From the NCBI GenBank assembly GCA_016187105.1, contig JACPKK010000001.1, forward strand, positions 1-52,130: 52,130 nucleotides of DNA, read 5' to 3'. Positions 38,890-46,827 of this stretch are shown one piece after another. A model generated the notes under the pieces. It had not been told where the DNA came from, did not search any database, and saw only the letters and a program-made list of their open reading frames with translations. The translations under genes and the position numbers were made by a program. Source of the DNA: Candidatus Curtissbacteria bacterium (GTDB lineage: Bacteria > Patescibacteriota > Microgenomatia > Curtissbacterales > GWA2-41-24). Each line of letters starts with the position of its first letter. The stretch's first letter is position 1.

Positions 38890-39024
38890 ATTCTGGACGA
38901 GCCAGAATGACCGGTTTCTTACTTTGTCATTCTGGGGAGCGGAGCGACTCCGGAATCTGTATATCAGCAGGTCGCCTTGACACACTTCGTCGTGTCAATG
39001 GCGCTCCTCTGATATATCAGATTC
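38890..39024. repeat. Cluster of REP-like units and a long imperfect inverted repeat between the divergent recJ and cca genes
   Basis: Empty unit attctggacgagccagaatgac, partner tgtcattctgg...ggaatc, and stem gaatctgtatatcag...ttgacac...gtgtcaa...ctgatatatcagattc. Confidence 0.8.
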
Positions 39025-39055
39025 GCCGAAAGGCGAAGGCTGATATAATTTAGAT

Positions 39056-40396
39056 GTGATTGATAAAGATATTAAGCACATTCTTGATAAAATTGATAAG
39101 GCCGGGTTTGAGGCGGCTTTGGTTGGCGGCGGGGTACGTGATGTCTTGGCGGGTAAAAATATTTCCGACTGGGATTTGACGACAAACGCGAAACCGGAAG
39201 AGATTTTAAAGTTATTCCCAGAGGCTTTTTACAACAACCGCTTTGGGACGGTGGGAATTGCCAAGGACGGCAAAACGATTGTTGAGATCACGACTTGGCG
39301 AACGGAGGGGAAATATACAGATCTTCGCCATCCAGAGAAAGTTTCTTGGGGCAGGAGCCTTGAAGAAGATTTAAGACGAAGGGACTTTACAATTAACGCC
39401 GTGGCCCTTCGCTACGCTCAAGGTAAACTTAGCGAAGCGCCGGTTGATCCGTTTGGCGGACAAGATGATTTTAAAAATAAAATCATTAGAACTGTCGGGG
39501 ATCCCGACGAGCGGTTCGGCGAAGACGCTCTGCGGCTGCTTCGAGCGATCCGCTTTGCCGCGACACTCGGGTTTAAGATTGACAAGAATACCCTCAAGTC
39601 AATTAAGAAAAACGCAAAGTTGATTTCCAAAATCTCGGGCGAGCGGATCCGTGATGAGCTATTTAAAATCATCGAGAGTGAGGGAGCAGCGGATGGGGTT
39701 TTTCTGGCAAGAGAAGGCGGGATCCTTCCTGTAATTTTGCCGGAGCTGGACGTGTGTTTTGACGTACCGCAAAAAAGCCCGAAGAGGCACCACGTGTATG
39801 ACGTGGGAACTCACTGCGTGATGAGCATGCAGGAATGCCCTTCAAAAGATGTCATGACTCGTTTTGCGACGCTACTCCATGATGTTGGAAAAGCAAAAGT
39901 TGCCAAAACGATAGATGGCGTGCGGACTTTTTATAATCATGAAGTGGTTGGATCTCGACAAGCCAGTCAGATAGCTAGCCGACTCCATTTGTCGCGAGAG
40001 CAGAAAGATAAACTTTTTAAATTGGTGCGCTGGCATCAGTTCAGTGTCAACGAGAATCAGACAGACGCAGCAATTCGCAGATTTATTAGAAATGTAGGGC
40101 TGGAATATGTTGAGGATATGATGGATCTTCGGGTTGGCGACCGGCTGGGCGGCGGTTTGCAGCAGCCGGAATCTTGGAGGCTTAAACTCTTTAGACAGAA
40201 GATAAAAGATGTTTTGAAACAGCCGTTTACGGTAAAAGATTTAAAGATTGACGGAAATGACGTGATGCGCGAGCTTAACCTAAAACCCGGGCCAAAAGTT
40301 GGAGGGATTTTGAATAAACTTTTTGAAGAAGTACAGGAAGACCCAAAGAAGAATAAAAAAAAATATTTACTAACGGCGATTAGGTCCTTGTTGTGA
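39056..40396 (+). CDS. cca: tRNA nucleotidyltransferase (CCA-adding family) with an HD domain
   Basis: VGGGVRD, DWDLTT, RRDFTINA, EDALRLLRA.RF and LLHDVGK. Confidence 0.9.
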   Translation: MIDKDIKHILDKIDKAGFEAALVGGGVRDVLAGKNISDWDLTTNAKPEEILKLFPEAFYNNRFGTVGIAKDGKTIVEITTWRTEGKYTDLRHPEKVSWGRSLEEDLRRRDFTINAVALRYAQGKLSEAPVDPFGGQDDFKNKIIRTVGDPDERFGEDALRLLRAIRFAATLGFKIDKNTLKSIKKNAKLISKISGERIRDELFKIIESEGAADGVFLAREGGILPVILPELDVCFDVPQKSPKRHHVYDVGTHCVMSMQECPSKDVMTRFATLLHDVGKAKVAKTIDGVRTFYNHEVVGSRQASQIASRLHLSREQKDKLFKLVRWHQFSVNENQTDAAIRRFIRNVGLEYVEDMMDLRVGDRLGGGLQQPESWRLKLFRQKIKDVLKQPFTVKDLKIDGNDVMRELNLKPGPKVGGILNKLFEEVQEDPKKNKKKYLLTAIRSLL

Positions 40397-40783
40397 TTTC
40401 CAAACTTCAAGCCTGGCTCGCAAGCGGTCTTCTCTTGCCGTTTCTTCTAGATTCTTTAAATAGTTCCCATAACTATCTCTACTTGGGCTTAACATATTCA
40501 ACCTGTATGCATCCAGAATAGCTTGGCGTTGATGAGGCAAAGTGAGGTCTGGAAACCACGGGCGTTCTCTTAGAATTCTAAAAGCTCCGTTAACAGTTGG
40601 TATACGGAGACTACCATCTTCGCTTCTTAGGTTTAATAATTTCTCACCGATTTGACTGCCAACTTTAGCATACGCATCTCTAAGGTTATTTGCGTCAAAA
40701 ATTCTAACAAACTCTTCCTGCTCTTCCGGGGTAAGCTCCTGCCTTGGAGGAGGGTTTTTTTCGGCTTTGCTTTGGTCAGCCAT
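40370..40783 (-). CDS. Hypothetical protein
   Basis: 137-aa ORF with its own TGnTATAAT element 6 nt before the ATG; convergent overlap with cca. Confidence 0.65.
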   Translation of the reverse strand: MADQSKAEKNPPPRQELTPEEQEEFVRIFDANNLRDAYAKVGSQIGEKLLNLRSEDGSLRIPTVNGAFRILRERPWFPDLTLPHQRQAILDAYRLNMLSPSRDSYGNYLKNLEETAREDRLRARLEVWKSQQGPNRR

Positions 40784-40803
40784 AATAAAATTATATCAAA
40801 GAA

Positions 40804-41627
40804 CTATTTTTTTTCTCAAATTATGCCAGACGACGAGGAGCGGGGCGGCGTTGAAAATGGAAGAGTAAGTGCCGGAGATGACACCGATTAAAAGGGCAAG
40901 AACGAAGGCCTTGATCGACTGGCCGCCGAATAAAAGCAGTGCAATGGTTAACGATTTGGTCAAATGAAAAATCGCTGTGTTTTTTCAGATTCTCGCGGAT
41001 CCTGTCGAAAACGACAATGGTGTCGTGAACCGAAAACCCGATAACCGTTAGAAGGGCTGTAATAAAAAGGGAATCAACTTCCAGACCGAAAAAGTGTCCA
41101 AGAACGGCAAAGACACCAACAACGACAATAACGTCGTGGATGAGGGCAATAATGGTCGTGACGCCAAAAGCAATTGGGGATGCCGGTTTGGCAACTTTCC
41201 TGAAGGCCCAAGTGATATAGGTGACGATAGCAAGAATTGAGAGCCCCACGGCAATAGCCGCTTTGCGGGTTAGCTCCTTGGAAATAACCGGGCCGACTGT
41301 TTCCAAACGGATTTCTTCGTACTTTCCAAAATTGGCACCAACCTTATCTTTTATTTCCTTGATTTTCGATTCGTCGGTTGCCTTTAGACGAAGAAGGATC
41401 GTGTCCTGATTGGTTTTGGCGGCTTGAGAAATCTCCAAGCCGCCTTTGGTTATGAGGTCTTTTACGGCTTGTGGATTTTTTTGATCTGCAAGTTTAATCT
41501 CCCAAAGAGTACCTCCTTCAAAATCGATGCCGAGTTTGAGATGCCAGGCGAAAAGCGCAATAATGCCGGGAATAATAATTGTCAAAGAAAGTGCAAAGAA
41601 CCAGTTGCGGTATTTGATTATGTTCAT
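40804..41627 (-). pseudogene. secF: SecF with an internal deletion and frameshift near 40943 (or an assembly error)
   Basis: LGIDFEGGT, ETVGP and IGFSVHDTIVVFDRIREN. After QIVNH the SecF tail (ALLLFGGQSIKAFVLALLIGVISGTYSSIFNAAPLL) continues in another frame to TAG at 40804. Confidence 0.8.
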
Positions 41628-41776
41628 TTTATTTTGCGGGTCCTGTCACGACTTTCCTTCCCGCCAGTGATCATTTTCCTGATTCGATTTTGTTGTTGTC
41701 CTCATTGCTTCCATTGCGCGCTACCTTGCCTGCCGGCAGGCAGGTCGGGAACCCTTCCTGTCGTGCCACCCGCTTC

Positions 41777-43060
41777 TCACATATTATGTCTGACCCAAAA
41801 AAGTCTCAAGAGTGTTCTGGTGACGGTAATGGCGCTAAACATGGAAACTAAAATGCCGATGGCCAGGGTTAAGGCAAAACCGCGAATGGGGCCGGTTCCA
41901 AAGTAAAATAGAATTGCGGTGGTGATTAAAGAGGATACATTGGAATCGCGGATAGATGACCAGGCCCTTTCAAAACCGCTGTAAAGCGCTTCTAATTTTT
42001 CTTTACCCCAACGGCGTTCTTCTTTAATTCTTTCGAAAATTAGAATGTTGGCGTCGACTGCCATGCCGATAGAAAGCACAAAGCCGGCGATGCCGGCAAG
42101 CGTTAAGGTGACGGGGATTAATTTAAAAACTGCAAAAACAAGGGCGGTATAGATCAAAAGGGCAAAAGTGGCGAAGATTCCTAAAAGGCGGTAATACGCA
42201 ACCATAAAGATGATGACAGAGGCGATGCCAACTGCCGCGGCAAGGATACTTTTTTGAATTGAGTCTTGACCAAGGGTTGGGCCAATCCGAGTTTGGCTTT
42301 CGATTGTGAGCGGCACCGGCAGTGCGCCGGCATTAAGCTGAATCGCCAGCTGCCTGGCAGAATTTGAATCGAAGTTGCCGGTGATTTGGGCGTTGCCGTC
42401 TGTAATTATCGATTGAACCCGCGGACTGGAAATAATGACCCCATCGAGAAAAATCGTTACCTCTTTGCCCAAATTTTCTTGTGTAATTTTTTCAAATCTC
42501 TTAGCTCCCTCTTGAGTGAATTGTAAATTAATTATGTATCCCGGGTTCTTTGGATCCTGGCTTGGCTCGGCGATTGATCTTTTAAGGTCTTTGCCTGTCA
42601 GTCCAGTACTTTCGAAGATATCACCCGGGCTGGCTGACAGTGTTGCCTCTGGGGGAAGGTCTTTTTTAATGGTTTTAAACTCCAAGTGGGCGGTTTTTTT
42701 AACTGTTGCCACGGCTTGGTCAATATCGGAAATGCCGGCAATTTCGACAATTAAACGATACTGGCCGCCGGTTTTGGCTGTCTGGATAACTGGTTCGGCT
42801 ACACCTAAAGCGTTGATTCTGTCTTCGATAATATTTTTGGCACTTTCCAGGGCACTGTCGCGATCGGTTTGGGCAAGCTGTGACATATCGGCGGACATTG
42901 TCAGTTGAACTCCGCCTGAAAGATCCAGCCCAAACTTGGGGTTGAGGTCTCTTTGAATAAAATTTGTGACGGCAGGATTATGGAAGGGCAAGTCGATATA
43001 GAGGGCGGCAATGACTAATAAAATAATGAGAAACAAGACGCGGCGCGGGTGTTTGGACAT
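41777..43060 (-). CDS. secD: Protein translocase subunit SecD
   Basis: GLDLSGG, RINALGVAEP, LNAGALP, IGPTLG and GMAVDANILIFERIKEE. Confidence 0.96.
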   Translation of the reverse strand: MSKHPRRVLFLIILLVIAALYIDLPFHNPAVTNFIQRDLNPKFGLDLSGGVQLTMSADMSQLAQTDRDSALESAKNIIEDRINALGVAEPVIQTAKTGGQYRLIVEIAGISDIDQAVATVKKTAHLEFKTIKKDLPPEATLSASPGDIFESTGLTGKDLKRSIAEPSQDPKNPGYIINLQFTQEGAKRFEKITQENLGKEVTIFLDGVIISSPRVQSIITDGNAQITGNFDSNSARQLAIQLNAGALPVPLTIESQTRIGPTLGQDSIQKSILAAAVGIASVIIFMVAYYRLLGIFATFALLIYTALVFAVFKLIPVTLTLAGIAGFVLSIGMAVDANILIFERIKEERRWGKEKLEALYSGFERAWSSIRDSNVSSLITTAILFYFGTGPIRGFALTLAIGILVSMFSAITVTRTLLRLFWVRHNM

Positions 43061-43123
43061 CCTTTCGATTTTAACAGAGAGATTGTCTTAGGAGAAGATT
43101 AGAGTTCTTCAACAAGTTCAGAA

Positions 43124-43702
43124 TTATAATTTGACCATCTCTTCTTCGTCGCCGATTAGCATAACGCGAGGCTTGGAAAGGATACCGATGACAAACGGGT
43201 CACGCCTGCTTTTGCGGAAGTTAAATTCCTCTTCGGTCATTGGCGTAAAATTAATTTCCCTGTTTCTTCTGGTTTCTTCTTCGCGGACTAAGTTACCAAG
43301 TTCCGGCAGAATAATAGTACCAACTATAAAAAGGTCAACCTCATTTTGGCTATATGGCTTGCCGCGGACAAAAGAGCCGGAAAGCATAGCGTATTTTATT
43401 TTGCCGAGTCTGCCTTTCCCCTTAATTATCTGGCCGCCGAGGCCAATTTCTTTGTTAATAATTGATAACAATTCGGGGAAGAAAATAAAATCCTTTTTGA
43501 GTGAATAGAATCTTCTATTGGCGCGCCATTCGCTTCCCAGAAAACCAGTTTTTTCAAGCCGGGCTAATTCCCGGCGGACGGCATTTATTTCTTCTTCTAC
43601 ACGACGGACTATTTCGCGGACATGATAGGACTCCTGGGGACTGCCCAGGAAGAGTTCCAGAATTTTGACCCTAACTTTAGAAATTAAAATGTCGATTAGC
43701 AT
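43124..43702 (-). CDS. Winged-HTH protein with a degenerate nucleotidyltransferase-like C-terminal domain
   Basis: SKVRVKIL..F...YHVREI.R....INAVRREL; LSGSF...VDLFIVG. Confidence 0.7.
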   Translation of the reverse strand: MLIDILISKVRVKILELFLGSPQESYHVREIVRRVEEEINAVRRELARLEKTGFLGSEWRANRRFYSLKKDFIFFPELLSIINKEIGLGGQIIKGKGRLGKIKYAMLSGSFVRGKPYSQNEVDLFIVGTIILPELGNLVREEETRRNREINFTPMTEEEFNFRKSRRDPFVIGILSKPRVMLIGDEEEMVKL

Positions 43703-43775
43703 AAGATTACTCTAAGGGGACACCAAGGTTTCCCCTTAGTATTCCTCTTCCTTTAAGGCAGGCTGTAGGCAGAAG

Positions 43776-44903
43776 TTAATATGTTACCGTGTTTCCAACC
43801 GGTACAGTTTGAATCCAAATTTGTCCCCTATTAAAAGTAATTTCCTTTCCTTTTGCATCTTTATAGATTGTGCGATCTTCCCTTGTCTTTTTATTCCAAG
43901 TGCCTTTAGTGACCTTGCCATCCATAAAGATTAGCGCGTTGCCAGTGCCGGTTGTTTTATAGAGAAGATGGCCATCCGGGTAACCGTCGTTGGCCGTGCT
44001 TTCGACTTGAAACTGGACGATGACATTTTTGGGTGACATTTGTTCTGTGGTCACGGGGTCGATTTGGGCAACGCCGGCAATAAACCTTTGGTAGACATTG
44101 GTATTTTTGTCGTACTGCCAAGTAACCGTGTAATCGGGTGCTTGTTCCCAGAACGGAGTAGTAATAGGTTTTTGGTCGCCGCGGGCCTCCAGTGCCGCGT
44201 CGTCTTTAAATTTCCACTTAATGAAGCCGTCATCCCATTTTTCGCCGTCTTTATTTTCCGGGCCGAAACCCCGCTCCTGGGCCGCTTCCCAAAGTTTTTT
44301 GGTGGTGGAGTGGACGTTATGGGGAGCAAGTTTATCAGTACCGCGCCAATAAGTGGGGAATCCTAGGCCGAATTGGTCCATATCTAAAATGCCATAATCG
44401 CGGATTTGGCCGAGCGCGTTCGCCGGCCCCGGAGTATTGGCGCCGCCGACGTGGGCGTAGGCGGCGTTATATTCCAAAACCCAATCCAAAAAATAGGTAC
44501 GGGCGCTTCTGATCGGGGCTAAATCCCCAACGTCTTGGCAAAAGAAAATGTCTAGGGTTCTGGTGATGCCGCCTTCGGCAACAACTTCATAAACTATATC
44601 GGCTCTTGAAAGACCGATAATGGGCCGGGCGTCCGCGTGGTTTTCGATCATGACGGCCAGCGGTCTTCTTTTCTTCCACTGATCTTCACGGGTTTTTGAA
44701 TACATTGCACCGTTTATGGGGCACTGGCGGTCTTTTTGGCCTTCATCGCCATCAGAAGTGACATCGGTAAGACTGCCGAATGGTGTTGAAATGTTGACAG
44801 GACTGTTTAAAAGACTCGCGAAAACCAGATAGGAAACGCCTGCGGAGGCAGCATATAAGATTAATGCACCAATAAAAATCAATAGAAGCTTTTTATTTAA
44901 CAT
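43776..44903 (-). CDS. DUF3048 domain membrane-anchored protein
   Basis: RPLAVMIEN...ARP..GL..ADIVYE...EGGITR, PIRSAR, APHN and G.IWI. Confidence 0.85.
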   Translation of the reverse strand: MLNKKLLLIFIGALILYAASAGVSYLVFASLLNSPVNISTPFGSLTDVTSDGDEGQKDRQCPINGAMYSKTREDQWKKRRPLAVMIENHADARPIIGLSRADIVYEVVAEGGITRTLDIFFCQDVGDLAPIRSARTYFLDWVLEYNAAYAHVGGANTPGPANALGQIRDYGILDMDQFGLGFPTYWRGTDKLAPHNVHSTTKKLWEAAQERGFGPENKDGEKWDDGFIKWKFKDDAALEARGDQKPITTPFWEQAPDYTVTWQYDKNTNVYQRFIAGVAQIDPVTTEQMSPKNVIVQFQVESTANDGYPDGHLLYKTTGTGNALIFMDGKVTKGTWNKKTREDRTIYKDAKGKEITFNRGQIWIQTVPVGNTVTY

Positions 44904-45366
44904 TTTTAGCTATCGCTTTTTCGACTACTTCTTTCTCTTCTTTTGAGAATTCATGGTCTACCGCCTTTGAGTTCTCAATTCGCTTAGCATAAACCCTTGT
45001 ACCGCTTCTCGAATGAAGAGACGAAATTACAAAACCGTTATTGGCACCATTTAAAAGGGCAATAACGAAACTTTGGTCTCCGCCCGTATCCTCAAAAGGA
45101 TTAAAACGTACCAGCGCGTGCTTTTGAAAAAAATCTTTGCTTTCTTGCCCAAGCTTCTTTACCTCTTCTTCTGTGTTTTTGATCTTTGTCTCCAGCTGAC
45201 CCTGCTGTTTTATGATATTTTCCAGGATCTGGGCAAGATTAAGATTTTTGCCACTTTTGGTTAATTTACTCCAGGCCCCCAGAACTTTCAGGAAATAAAA
45301 AGTCAGGACCGCAAGCCAAATAAAAACTGCTGATAGGATATAGTCGACCAATTGAAGTTTTTCCAT
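44893..45366 (-). CDS. DUF4446 family protein
   Basis: TM plus coiled coil; VRFNPFEDTGGDQSF..ALL....NGFVISSLHSR...RVYAK. Confidence 0.85.
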   Translation of the reverse strand: MEKLQLVDYILSAVFIWLAVLTFYFLKVLGAWSKLTKSGKNLNLAQILENIIKQQGQLETKIKNTEEEVKKLGQESKDFFQKHALVRFNPFEDTGGDQSFVIALLNGANNGFVISSLHSRSGTRVYAKRIENSKAVDHEFSKEEKEVVEKAIAKNVK

Positions 45367-45486
45367 TCATTAACTTTGGATATTGGATAAATCTGGTACC
45401 CACTCTTTTACCACTCGCCTTTGCGCTTGTCAAGAGAATTTGTGTTAAGATCCCTTTAGTTATATTCTACATTACTTGGGAGATAA

Positions 45487-45729
45487 ATGCCTTTTAAGAC
45501 TAAGAAGAAAAAATTAAAAGCAGCAGGCAGGCGGTTTGCATTTGATGAGGGAGTTGTCAAAATCATCGATGAGGGAAGGAAGAAGCTTATCGAGGTTGAG
45601 GTAAAAAAAGAACCGCAGGTGGCGGCCGAAAATCTTTCTTATATTAGGGGCGACCTTCTAAAAATTATCATCACGAGCGTATTTATCGGCGGGGCCCAAA
45701 TTCTGCTACGCTTGACACTCTCCAAGTAG
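45487..45729 (+). CDS. Small hypothetical protein (basic N-terminus, C-terminal TM)
   Basis: GGAG before the ATG; YI..DL.K followed by a hydrophobic tail. Confidence 0.65.
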   Translation: MPFKTKKKKLKAAGRRFAFDEGVVKIIDEGRKKLIEVEVKKEPQVAAENLSYIRGDLLKIIITSVFIGGAQILLRLTLSK

Positions 45730-45741
45730 CTGTGCTATGGT
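45712..45741 (+). promoter_or_regulatory. Probable promoter for the 46-aa zinc-ribbon gene
   Basis: TTGACA-18-TATGGT with a TG extension. Confidence 0.55.
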
Positions 45742-45824
45742 TGAGGCTAATTGAAGCTAGTTAGCTTTGACGCTGGCGAGACTTCTTTAAAATCTTCACT
45801 GCCAAAAGGAGGTGATTAACTAAA

Positions 45825-45965
45825 ATGACTACAATGTATTGTGTTAAGTGCCGAGCAAAGAGAGACGATCCCAACGCCCAAAAAGTGACTATGAAAAACG
45901 GCAAGCCAGCTTCAAAAGGTAAGTGCCCGGTTTGCGGTACTACCATGTTTAAGATTGGCGGCTAG
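45825..45965 (+). CDS. 46-aa zinc-ribbon protein, DUF5679-like; absent from the ORF track
   Basis: SD AAAGGAGGTGA; MTTMYCVKCRAKRDDPNAQKVTMKNGKPASKGKCPVCGTTMFKIGG. Confidence 0.88.
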   Translation: MTTMYCVKCRAKRDDPNAQKVTMKNGKPASKGKCPVCGTTMFKIGG

Positions 45966-46057
45966 TCGAAGTTAGCCTACCACGTATGACGTGGTGGCTG
46001 ATTTTCAAGAAAGTAAGAGCTCGTAATCCTCTTTGAAAAATTTGGATTGCGCGCAAA

Positions 46058-46110
46058 AGAAAAAACCCCAGGCAATTTTGGTTTTAAGGTTGTCTTTGGG
46101 GGTTTTTTCT
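46058..46110. terminator. Probable bidirectional intrinsic terminator between convergent genes
   Basis: agaaaaaacccca...tgggggttttttct stem with A and T tails. Confidence 0.65.
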
Positions 46111-46114
46111 CGAG

Positions 46115-46732
46115 TTAACCGTTTAAGAGGCCAATAACAAGACCCGGTACGCCAAAAAGGAATTGCAAAACAGAATCGGGGTATTTATCTAAATCCCCAT
46201 ATAAATTTTTTAGCTTCGGGGACAAATTCTTCTTTTCAAATTCCCAGATGATTTGTGTAGTTTGCCCGTTGACATTGATGGCGAGTTTAATTGAGCTGAA
46301 AAGGGATTGATCGTTTGCGCCAAGATTGGCTTTGGCAGGGTCTTGGGCGGCAAAAAGCGACTGACTGTCGACAATAATCGCCGGCAGAACTTTATTGAAA
46401 ATGCTCGGGTCGGAGTTCTCGGGCATTTCCAAAGTGGCAATGATGCGGTCATTTTTGGAGGAGAAAGCTGGAGTGAATTTATAACGAACCGCAACAGTCT
46501 CTTTGGCGAGAGTTTCCATTTCCCAATAGTAAATGGTTTCATCAAAACCGTAGATTGGCCTTGGAATTCCCTCGGGAATTCTTACTACTCTTGAAAGATC
46601 TTTTTCGATGTTTTTATTAATGGCTTGGGTCGCTGGTTTGATAACTTTGAACCCCAGATAGATGGAAAAGGAAATTAAAGCCGCAGAGAGAATGGCGAGT
46701 AAAATTAACGAGAAAAGAATTATTTTCTTCAC
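46115..46732 (-). CDS. Hypothetical membrane-anchored protein
   Basis: N-terminal TM; TGnTACAAT 7 nt before the GTG. Confidence 0.7.
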   Translation of the reverse strand: MKKIILFSLILLAILSAALISFSIYLGFKVIKPATQAINKNIEKDLSRVVRIPEGIPRPIYGFDETIYYWEMETLAKETVAVRYKFTPAFSSKNDRIIATLEMPENSDPSIFNKVLPAIIVDSQSLFAAQDPAKANLGANDQSLFSSIKLAINVNGQTTQIIWEFEKKNLSPKLKNLYGDLDKYPDSVLQFLFGVPGLVIGLLNG

Positions 46733-46827
46733 TTATACAATTGTATCAGACCCAGCTTTAACTATCGCTCGGCCTGTACTGAAGTGCTTCCGCGACCATT
46801 CAACTTCGCTCATGGTCTTGAAGCGTT

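Noticed and set aside
45395..45433. MraZ-like GTGG direct repeats upstream of the DUF4446 gene
   Set aside because: Only two copies, with 11-nt spacing and no mraZ/dcw context; too weak to call.
45761..45946. 61-aa minus-strand ORF
   Set aside because: It is the antisense shadow of the 46-aa zinc-ribbon gene, which has the SD and the motifs.
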